Translations under genes and position numbers: made by a program
In this document: piece after piece, positions 22,241 to 30,337 of the stretch
Layout of the letters: each line of letters starts with the position of its first letter
How positions within the stretch are numbered: position 1 is the stretch's first letter
The notes under the pieces: generated by a model
What the model saw: the letters and a program-made list of their open reading frames with translations, nothing else
Databases searched by the model: none
What the model was told of the DNA's origin: nothing
Assembly (NCBI GenBank): GCA_963841435.1
Contig: CAWJCS010000004.1
Location: 640,001-704,000, forward strand
Length of the DNA stretch: 64,000 nt
Origin: an uncultured delta proteobacterium
GTDB lineage: Bacteria; Myxococcota_A; Polyangia; Polyangiales; Polyangiaceae
Reading direction: 5' to 3'

Positions 22241-24578
22241 CTCGGGGCGCGGCGGCCTCGGTGGTCGGGTTCGACGCAGCCTCGGGCTCGCGATCGAACC
22301 AGGCGCGGGCGTCTTCGAACACCATGAGGCCGAGCAACACGGTGAGCATGACGAAGAGCACCACCGTCTCGAGATAAAAATGCAGGCCGAGGTCGGGGAC
22401 GGGGACCGTGAAGTACTGGAGGGCGCACATCAGCGTGAGCGTGAGCCAGATGCCCGCATCCAAGCGCGAAACGGGAGTGGGGCCGTCGGTCGTCGGGCGC
22501 CGCTCCGTTGCGAGCAGCGGTAGGAGGAACACGAAATGGATGTAGTAGTTGGCCGGATAGAGCAGCACCGGCACGAGGATCATCCCGAGCACGGCAGCCT
22601 GGTCGATGCGGCGGCGTCGGGCAGCAATCACCACGAGCGCGACGTAAAAAGCGGTCGCGAAGACGAACACGGGCATGCGAGCGCGCAAAACGCTGCCCTG
22701 GTTGCCCTCGGCTCCGGCGATGAGCGAGCGAAGGGCGATCGAGGCGGGGTGTGGATCGGCGGAGAGCTGGGAGAGCTTGTGCAGGCACTCGGGCCAAGCG
22801 CTCGGGGGCAACACCACGATCGAGAAAACGAAGGCTCCGAGGACGGCGGCGGCACCGCCCATGAGGACGTTCAGGGTCGCGCGCTCGCGCGCGAAGAGCT
22901 CGCGCAGCCCAGGGAGCTTGCGCGTCTGAACGACCTGTTCGGCCACGCGGAGCGCGGCCGGTAAGGCGGCACCCGCAAGCGCGAGGGCGGGAAACACGCG
23001 GATCATCGCCGAGAGGCCGAGCAGCGCGCCGCCGAGCGCGTAGCGCTCGGTGCGCAGGGCACATGCGGCAAAGCCGATGTACGCAAGCCAGTCGTGACGG
23101 AGCGTCGCGCCGCCCCAGTTCGTGCCGTACATGATGAAATCGTTGGCGCCGAACACCGTCATCGTGAGGAGCATCGTGCGTGGCCCGTACGCGCGGTAGA
23201 CGGCGCCGAACATGCCGACCAAGAGAAAGAGGTCGAGCAGGCCGAGCAGCGTGAAGCCTCCGTTGCTGGGTGGCGTCGCTCGAAATAAGAGGTGCGCGAT
23301 GCTCATCCACACGGGTGTCGCGTTGCCGCCGAAATCGCAGAGCATGTCGAGCCAGTGGGAGGTGCCCATGGCCTGGCGGAACCAGCGGTTGTCCTCCTTG
23401 AGCTCCGCCCAGCGCTCCTTGCTGAAGCCGTTCCGGATCGTTTCGATGCGTGCGATCTGCTCGGCCGGCGTGCTCATCCGGAGGGAGTGCAGGTCCCGCA
23501 TCGGAATGTTCTGAACGGCCTGGCGCCGCTCGGGGTGATCCTCGAGGTAGCTCGCGACGTCCGCCTCGTAGATGCCGCGGTAGCCGAGCTCCCTGAAGTA
23601 CTTCGCCGTCGTGTAGTACTGCCTGAGGTCGAGGTAGTGCGCGAACGTCCACTCGTCCCTGCCGCGGCTGTAAAACTGCGGCTGGCCCATGTTGTAAAAC
23701 GCGAGGACGCCCAGCACGCCCGTGATGCCGAGGGTCCCGATCACCGCGGCGCGAGCTGCGGGGTAGCGCCTGGGCGCAAACACCTCCCGCGCGACGGCGG
23801 CGGCGGCGATGGCGCCGAGCACGCCGCGGATCAGCGACACTTCCCGCGATTCGACCGGGAGCGCGTTGAAGAACGCGTGCGCGAAGTTCACGCTGCCGAG
23901 CGCGGCGAGAGCGAGCCCCGCGACGACCATACCCCGCCGCGAGCCGCGATGGATCAAGAGGAGCGGAGCGAGCATCGCAAGGCCGAACAGCGTCGTCGCG
24001 TCACGTAAGTGGGCGTCGAGCGATCCGACGCGCAGCTCCGGAACCTCGTTGGGAAACACGACCGGCGGGGTCGCGAACACCTCGAGCTCGCTGATGCCGA
24101 AGAAGCCGTCACCCGTCTTGGGCTGGATGCGCAGGTAGCGGCCCCGCCCATGAAGACCGGTGCTGGAGCGCGTGCGCAAGCCCCCGCTGCGGCTCGAGCT
24201 CGCGATCCAGAGGCTCTGGTAGGTCTTCCCGTCGCTCGAGATCAAAAGCTCGTAGGAGTCGTTGTTGTCGGCCTGCAACCAGGCCGCCGACACCCGCGTC
24301 TCGGTGCCGAGGTCGTAGTCGGCGAAGGATCCGCTGTCCTCGAAGGGTGTCGTCAGGGAGCCCTTCCAGCCGTCGCCTTCGCGCGCCTTCTGGCCGTCCG
24401 TCAGCGCGGCGACGCGGACGTGCAGATTCGTCCGAACGGGGAGCTTGCCGGCGAGCAGATTCCCCTCGCTCTCGGCGCGTGCCCGCCCCGGAAACAGAAC
24501 GACCACCACGAGGGCGAGCAGGGCGAGGAGCCGTCCGCCGCGCGACCACACCGCACCCGACACCTCACCGCAACGCAT
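22224..24578 (-). CDS. discoidin/F5-8C-like domain fused to a polytopic GT-C-like membrane domain
   Basis: LTDG..W, DLG, ISSDGKTY, RYLRI, ISELEVF (discoidin-like); then more than 10 TM segments with GGNATPVW and LRHDWL. Confidence 0.65.
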   Translation of the reverse strand: MRCGEVSGAVWSRGGRLLALLALVVVVLFPGRARAESEGNLLAGKLPVRTNLHVRVAALTDGQKAREGDGWKGSLTTPFEDSGSFADYDLGTETRVSAAWLQADNNDSYELLISSDGKTYQSLWIASSSRSGGLRTRSSTGLHGRGRYLRIQPKTGDGFFGISELEVFATPPVVFPNEVPELRVGSLDAHLRDATTLFGLAMLAPLLLIHRGSRRGMVVAGLALAALGSVNFAHAFFNALPVESREVSLIRGVLGAIAAAAVAREVFAPRRYPAARAAVIGTLGITGVLGVLAFYNMGQPQFYSRGRDEWTFAHYLDLRQYYTTAKYFRELGYRGIYEADVASYLEDHPERRQAVQNIPMRDLHSLRMSTPAEQIARIETIRNGFSKERWAELKEDNRWFRQAMGTSHWLDMLCDFGGNATPVWMSIAHLLFRATPPSNGGFTLLGLLDLFLLVGMFGAVYRAYGPRTMLLTMTVFGANDFIMYGTNWGGATLRHDWLAYIGFAACALRTERYALGGALLGLSAMIRVFPALALAGAALPAALRVAEQVVQTRKLPGLRELFARERATLNVLMGGAAAVLGAFVFSIVVLPPSAWPECLHKLSQLSADPHPASIALRSLIAGAEGNQGSVLRARMPVFVFATAFYVALVVIAARRRRIDQAAVLGMILVPVLLYPANYYIHFVFLLPLLATERRPTTDGPTPVSRLDAGIWLTLTLMCALQYFTVPVPDLGLHFYLETVVLFVMLTVLLGLMVFEDARAWFDREPEAASNPTTEAAAPRATGAR

Positions 24579-24629
24579 GCGCGGACCCTTTTTGCACGCC
24601 CGGCACTCGGGCGCCAGCCCGTTGGCCGC

Positions 24630-24953
24630 TCAGTGGCCGCCTTGAAGCACGGTGCGCACGCCGCTCGTCGTGCGGTCAACGACCTTCGCCGTCAGATCGA
24701 TCGCCTCCGAGTAGCGGTAGATCCCGGCTTGCAACGCGATCAGCGCGCCAGCGTCCATCGGCGCGTAGGCCGCGTGCCGCGCGCTGCTTACGAGCGCCTC
24801 GCCGTGGTCGATGGTGCTCGCGACGGTCTCGAGCACGCGTGCGAAGCTGGTGGCGCCCTCGCGCGACGCTTCGGCCGTGGCCATCGACTCGGAGGGGCCG
24901 TCACCTGGAGCGAGAGGAGCGGGTAGCGGCGCCCCGTCGAGCAATCGCAGCAT
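24630..24953 (-). CDS. small helical protein resembling T3SS inner-rod (SctI/YscI/HrpB2) C-terminus
   Basis: MDAGALIALQAGIYRYSEAIDLTAKVVDRTTSGVRTVLQ matches the LLxLQ...xDLxxKxxxxxxxxxxxL.Q pattern. Confidence 0.55.
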   Translation of the reverse strand: MLRLLDGAPLPAPLAPGDGPSESMATAEASREGATSFARVLETVASTIDHGEALVSSARHAAYAPMDAGALIALQAGIYRYSEAIDLTAKVVDRTTSGVRTVLQGGH

Positions 24954-25154
24954 GCGGGGCTCATCGGCTCCCGGCCCCTCCGAGTTTCGCGTACCCCGGA
25001 CGCCCGCCGGGCGGCCAGTCAAAATGTTTCAATTATTCCGGAAGTTTATGATTTTGTCCCGGCCGCGAGGTGTGATCATCAGTTGCAGACCGAGTCGGGG
25101 TCTGCTCCTCTCCCCGCTCCCAACCCCCCTTTCTGCCCTAGGAATCGACAGCTC

Positions 25155-26318
25155 ATGGCGCGCCTTACCGACCACATCGTGTTCAACGACCAGAAACTCG
25201 CTCGCCGCTACGCGAGCAAGGCGATCCCCATGGCGACGCTCTACGAAGCGTACTTCGACGGCGCCGTCGACATCCCGGGCGACATCTACGCGCTGCTCAA
25301 GGAGCGTTCCGGCCTGGTCAGCTGGTCGCTCACGAAGGAGCACCTGCGCTGGGCGGTCACGAACTTCATTCCCGAGGTGACCATCCACTCGAAGGAGCAG
25401 GATCGCCGCATCGTGCGCGAGCACTACGACCGCGGCAACGACTTCTTCGGCTGGTTCTTGGGCGAGCGCATGGTTTACACGAGCGGGTTCTTCGAGAACG
25501 AGGCGCAGACGCTCGAGCAGGCTCAAGACAACAAGATGAACCTCGTCTGCAGGAAGCTGCAGCTCGAGGCGGGCGAGCGGCTGCTCGACATCGGTTGCGG
25601 CTGGGGCACGTTGACGCGCCACGCCGCGGTGAATTTCGGCGCCGACGCCACGGGAGTCACCATCGCGGAGCGGCAGACCGAGTTCGGCAACGAGCGCATC
25701 CGCCAGGCCGGCGTCGCGGATCGCGCACGCGTCTTGTGCTGTGATTACCGAGATATCCCGCGTCAGCGCTTCAACAAGATCTCGAGCCTCGAGATGGTGG
25801 AGCACGTGGGCGTCAAGAACCTCGTCAGCTTCTACGAGCTCGTACGCGACCTGCTCGAGGACGACGGGCTCTTCCTCCTCCAGTGGACGGGCTTGCGCCG
25901 CGGCCTCCGCCCCGAAGACATGATCTGGGGCTTGTTCATGAACAAGTACGTCTTCCCTGGCGCGGACGCGAGCCTTTGCCCGTCGGCCATGCTCAAGGCG
26001 ATGGAGAAGGCCGGCTGGGAGACGCACAGCGTCGAGAACATCAGCATCCACTACGGATTTACGATCAAGCGCTGGCACGACAACTGGCTTTCGAACCGCG
26101 ACGCGGTGGTCGCAGCCTACGGCGAGCGCTGGTTCCGCATCTGGCACTTCTTCCTGGCTTGGTCGGTGATCATCGCCGAGCAGGGCAACGCCGCCTGCTT
26201 CCAGGTCGTCCTCAACAAGAACCTCGATGCGTTCGACAGGACGCGTTGGGTAAAGAAGAACGCCACGGTGCTGGGCGACCGCGCAGCATTCTCGCCTCGC
26301 CAAGTCGCCGCGGAGTGA
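25155..26318 (+). CDS. CFA-synthase-family lipid methyltransferase (fungal sphingolipid C9-methyltransferase-like)
   Basis: HYDRGNDFF..FLG.RMVYTSG, LLDIGCGWG, EMVEHVG, EDMIWGLFMNKYVFPGADAS, YGERWFRIWHFFLA. Confidence 0.85.
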   Translation: MARLTDHIVFNDQKLARRYASKAIPMATLYEAYFDGAVDIPGDIYALLKERSGLVSWSLTKEHLRWAVTNFIPEVTIHSKEQDRRIVREHYDRGNDFFGWFLGERMVYTSGFFENEAQTLEQAQDNKMNLVCRKLQLEAGERLLDIGCGWGTLTRHAAVNFGADATGVTIAERQTEFGNERIRQAGVADRARVLCCDYRDIPRQRFNKISSLEMVEHVGVKNLVSFYELVRDLLEDDGLFLLQWTGLRRGLRPEDMIWGLFMNKYVFPGADASLCPSAMLKAMEKAGWETHSVENISIHYGFTIKRWHDNWLSNRDAVVAAYGERWFRIWHFFLAWSVIIAEQGNAACFQVVLNKNLDAFDRTRWVKKNATVLGDRAAFSPRQVAAE

Positions 26319-26344
26319 TGCGGTCCTGGGCGCGCGGCCCAGGG

Positions 26345-28198
26345 CTACTGAACCGAGAACGTCTTCGAGACGGTGACGGGCTCGCCGGAGAACGCCGGCA
26401 CCCGCGTCCCGCGGAACAAGCGCGCGACGCAGGAGCCCACGGCGGTCCCGGCGAGATCGCCGGTGACGGCGACCGAGGTCGGGCGTCCGCTCGACGCGAA
26501 GGTGATCGACACGCGACCCGTGCCCGTGGCGCCGCCCGGTTCCTTGCAGGATGAGGCGTTGCCCGCCGCCGCGACCAGCGCCGTCTTGGCGGACTGTGCG
26601 TCGAACGGGGTCCCTGCGGCGAAGCTCGCCACGGTGGGCTCCTTCTCCTTTTCCTTTTCCTTCGTTGACGGGCTGCTCGACGTTCCACGTTGAACCGGGG
26701 CAGCGGCCTGGGCGGGGGCCGGCGCCCGGGCGATCGCTGCGGTGCCCGTCGGCGGTGGGGCAGGGAGGGCGGCGTCGCCCGACGCGCTGCCGGCGGCGGA
26801 GGCCTCGGGCGCTGCGGACGCCGAGGCCGTTGCGCTCGCCGTCTCCGGCGGCTCCTCCGCCGTTTCAGCGCTGGCGACGGCCGCAATGGCGCTTGGGGGG
26901 GGCGCCGGCGGCTTCAGGATGCCGAGCTTCTCGAGGGGCCCCTTGGCGAGGCCCGTCGCGAACGCTGCGCCGCCGAGGGCACCGAGCGCCAGCAGGGCAA
27001 CCATGACGAGCCAGGCCCGCGAGCGGCGCGGCGCGGGGGCTTCGTCGAGCCCGGCGTCGAGGGCCGGCGCCGGGGCGAAGCGCGGCGGAGGCGACGTGAT
27101 CGGGGCGTTGAAGTCGGGCGCGGTGAGCGCGGGCGCGAGACCTCCGCCGCCCGGCAGCATGTGGCCCGAGTCCACGAGCAACGATTCGTCGAGGCGCGCG
27201 TTGCGACGCGGCGGTCCCCCCGAGCGCAGCTCCTTTTGCATGAGCGAGTCGAGCGAGAACAGCACGGAATTTTCGTTGCGCGCACCCGTGAGACGCGGCT
27301 CGTCGACGGCGTCGGAGAGCGCATTGGCGACGGCGAGGGCTTCGGCTTCGCTGCCGGCGTGCGCCTGCTGCGCGAAAAGGTCCTGGCCGCGCCGGGCTTC
27401 GGCGCGGTTCGATTGGCGGCGCGCGGGCTCGGCCGCGGGAGCCGCCGCGTCGGCCGGCGGGCGCCGGGATTCCCGCCGGGTCGTGCGCGTGCGCTCGCGC
27501 TTGGGGCGCGCCGATTCACGCCGTGAGACAGCCTGTGCAGCGTGCGGCGACGAGAGTGGCGAGCGCGCGACATGCGTCGGCACCTCGTCGTCTTCCCTGA
27601 CGGGCGACGACGCGGGCCCGGCGAAGCCCTGCGGGTGTCCTTCGGCGATGCGCGAGGAGTCCACGACCTGGGTCTGCTCGTCGTCGTCGAAAAGCGCGGC
27701 GTGCAGCGGGGCGCTGTCGGCGATGCGCGTCGTCTCTTCGTCCTCGCGCGGCTTCGGAGCCGGGGCGGGCGTGGGCCGCGCGTAGCCCATCTTCCTGAAC
27801 GCGGCCGCGATCTCGGGGACGTCCCACGGATTGAGCCAGCCTGGCATGCCTTCGCGCCAGACCAGGCCGTCCTGGCCGAGCTGCCCGGCGCGGTGCCAGC
27901 GCACGATCTGCGCGATGTCGCCCTGCTCCTGGCGGCCGTCCGCGAATGCAACCGTGAACGGCGGATCGGGTGGGCGAGCTGCGGGCTGCGGTCGCGCCGC
28001 TGCGCGGCTCGATCGGTCGCGGCCGCTTGGGGGCCCCGGCGCGACGCTGGTCGAGGGGCTCACCGTCGGAGGGCTGACGTTGCCGTCAACGATCAAAACC
28101 GTGCCGCAACGCTTGCACGTGATTTTGACGCGCTTGCCGATGAGCTTCTCGTCAGCGACGCCGTAGCGCGCGGAGCAGGCGGTACAGGCGATGTTCAT
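26345..28198 (-). CDS. zinc-ribbon + GYF_2 + TM + TonB-C-like protein (AgmX/GltJ family)
   Basis: CTACSARY...CKRC; LVWREGMPGW; GARNENSVLFSL; one TM; C-terminal ITFASSGRPTSV...VGSCV...PAFSG. Confidence 0.8.
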   Translation of the reverse strand: MNIACTACSARYGVADEKLIGKRVKITCKRCGTVLIVDGNVSPPTVSPSTSVAPGPPSGRDRSSRAAARPQPAARPPDPPFTVAFADGRQEQGDIAQIVRWHRAGQLGQDGLVWREGMPGWLNPWDVPEIAAAFRKMGYARPTPAPAPKPREDEETTRIADSAPLHAALFDDDEQTQVVDSSRIAEGHPQGFAGPASSPVREDDEVPTHVARSPLSSPHAAQAVSRRESARPKRERTRTTRRESRRPPADAAAPAAEPARRQSNRAEARRGQDLFAQQAHAGSEAEALAVANALSDAVDEPRLTGARNENSVLFSLDSLMQKELRSGGPPRRNARLDESLLVDSGHMLPGGGGLAPALTAPDFNAPITSPPPRFAPAPALDAGLDEAPAPRRSRAWLVMVALLALGALGGAAFATGLAKGPLEKLGILKPPAPPPSAIAAVASAETAEEPPETASATASASAAPEASAAGSASGDAALPAPPPTGTAAIARAPAPAQAAAPVQRGTSSSPSTKEKEKEKEPTVASFAAGTPFDAQSAKTALVAAAGNASSCKEPGGATGTGRVSITFASSGRPTSVAVTGDLAGTAVGSCVARLFRGTRVPAFSGEPVTVSKTFSVQ

Positions 28199-28336
28199 GG
28201 CCGAGGCGTCTGGTGAACGTGGAGCCTACCCCAGACGGCCGCCATGCTGCTAGTCTGCCCAACCCGTGAATCCCAGAGACTCCAGGCTGAGGCGCTCGGC
28301 CTCGAGCGGACGCCGCGAGGCAGCCGAGGACGACTG

Positions 28337-30337
28337 ATGGTGGAAAGGGAGACCCCGAACCGACGGGGGTTGAACAGCGTCGGTGACTTCTTGCAGGCGA
28401 GGTACTTCACCGCCGACACGCGCTTCCTGGGGCTGTTCCGGATCGGCTTCGGGTCGCTTTTGACGCTCGACTGCTTGCGGCGCTGGGTGCAGGCGCGCGA
28501 GTTCTACACGAACGACGGGTTTCTGCCCAACCACTTCTCGCTCTTTCGACCGATGGGCGACGGGGTGTTCTCGCTGCTCCACGCCTTCTCTTCGCTCGGT
28601 GAGGTCAGCGTCGTCATGGCGCTGATGATGTGCGTTTTCCTCTGCTACACGTTCGGCTATCGCACGCGCATCGCGCAGGTTCTCGCGTTCATTTCGATCA
28701 CGAGCCTCGACGCACGCAACCTGTTCGTCGAAAACGGCGGTGACGTTCTCGTCAACCTGATCGCCGCGATCACCATGTTTCTGCCGCTCGGTCGGCGGTT
28801 GAGCCTCGATGCCGTGCTGGCGTCGCTCAGAGCCCGTCACGAGACCAGCGTGGAGGCCCTCAACGATCGCGACGAGCCGCCGGCGCCCCCCGTGCAGTTC
28901 GTGTCGTTGATCGTCGCCGCGCTGATCCTGCAGCTCGCCGTCATCTACTTCTTCAACTTCGTGCACAAGAGCGGCGTGGGTTGGAAGAACGGCTCCGTTT
29001 TGCACTGGTTTCTCGAGCAAGATCGCATCGTGACGACGTTCGGCGTGTTCCTTCGCAATCACGTGTCGTTTCCGGTGCTGCGCGTCTTCGGGTACGGAAC
29101 CCTGGTCATCGAGGGCGCGCTGCCCTGGATCCTCCTTTTTCCGTTCTTCCGGACCTACGTCTACCGGGTCGCGCTGCTGCTCGGTGTGGGCTTGCACGGG
29201 GGCATCGCGCTCACGTCGCGCCTCGGGCCGTTCTCGTACGCGATGATGCTGTTCTTCGTGCTGTTTCTCGGCCCCGCGGATTGGGCTTTGCTCGGGCGCT
29301 GGTTCGGCCGCGAGGCGCGCAAGAAGACCGTCATTTTCGACGTGGATTGCGGCTTCTGCCTGCTCACCGTGCGCGTGCTCAAACGGCTCGACCCGTTCCG
29401 GCGGCTCACCTTCGTCGGCAACGATCGCGTGGAGTCGTTCCCGCCGGGCGTCGACCCTGGCGTGACCAACGAGAGCGTCGTCGTCGTCGACGCGCGGGGC
29501 AGGGTGCACGTCGAGGAGCGTGCGGTCTTCGAGGTCCTACGGGCGCTCCCGTGCGGCCTTCTGCTCGCGTTCTGGCTCGTGATTCCGGGGCTGTCCTCGA
29601 TCGGGCGAGCGCTCTATCGCCTGGTGGCAAACCACAGACTCCAGATTTCGGTGTGGCTCGGCCTCGGTGCCTGCGGCGTTGCGCGCCCGGGTGTGCCCGA
29701 GGTCTCGCGGTCTGCGGAGCCGCGCCCCAAGAGCTTCAGAGCGGGCGTCGTCTCTTTTTCGAGCCTGGTCCGCGAATCACTCGCCGCGGCGCTCGTCGTG
29801 ATGCTGAGCGTGCAGGTCGCGAACGACAATCAGTGGTTGCAGCGTCGCATCCGCGTGCATCGACCCGAGTGGATCGTGTCCACGGTCAACACGTTCCGGC
29901 TGCTCGAGGGCTGGGGCATGTTCGCGCCCGAGCCGCCCTACGAGGATGGACACGTCGTGGTCGACGGCCGCACCAAGGACGGTCGCAAGCTCGATCCGTT
30001 TACGGGCAAGGAGCCGGACTTCGATCCGTACACGCCCACGGGCTGGGGGCATCAGCAGTTCTGGTGCGACTACAACAACCGGATCCGCTTCGATTGGCAC
30101 GTGCCGAACCGGCAGCACCTCCGCGAATATCTCAGGCACTGGCACGAGTACAAGGACCGCCCGAAGGACGAGCTCGTCGCGTTCGACGTCTGGTGGGTCC
30201 AGGACAAGTCGCCACCGCCCGGAAAGAAGCGCGGCGAGCCGCTGCCCCCCCAGAAACTACTGAGTTACGGCTACGTGCGCGATTCGGGCGCGCTTCCGTG
30301 GTTGCACCCGACCGCCCCGAGTGGGGGGAGACGATGA
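28337..30337 (+). CDS. HTTM-domain membrane protein with DCC1-like thiol-disulfide domain (intact CGFC)
   Basis: LGLFRIGFG, RN..NGGD, FLPLGRRLSLD, IYFFN..HKSG..WKNG, FDVDCGFC, C-terminal WGMFAPEP. Confidence 0.85.
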   Translation: MVERETPNRRGLNSVGDFLQARYFTADTRFLGLFRIGFGSLLTLDCLRRWVQAREFYTNDGFLPNHFSLFRPMGDGVFSLLHAFSSLGEVSVVMALMMCVFLCYTFGYRTRIAQVLAFISITSLDARNLFVENGGDVLVNLIAAITMFLPLGRRLSLDAVLASLRARHETSVEALNDRDEPPAPPVQFVSLIVAALILQLAVIYFFNFVHKSGVGWKNGSVLHWFLEQDRIVTTFGVFLRNHVSFPVLRVFGYGTLVIEGALPWILLFPFFRTYVYRVALLLGVGLHGGIALTSRLGPFSYAMMLFFVLFLGPADWALLGRWFGREARKKTVIFDVDCGFCLLTVRVLKRLDPFRRLTFVGNDRVESFPPGVDPGVTNESVVVVDARGRVHVEERAVFEVLRALPCGLLLAFWLVIPGLSSIGRALYRLVANHRLQISVWLGLGACGVARPGVPEVSRSAEPRPKSFRAGVVSFSSLVRESLAAALVVMLSVQVANDNQWLQRRIRVHRPEWIVSTVNTFRLLEGWGMFAPEPPYEDGHVVVDGRTKDGRKLDPFTGKEPDFDPYTPTGWGHQQFWCDYNNRIRFDWHVPNRQHLREYLRHWHEYKDRPKDELVAFDVWWVQDKSPPPGKKRGEPLPPQKLLSYGYVRDSGALPWLHPTAPSGGRR

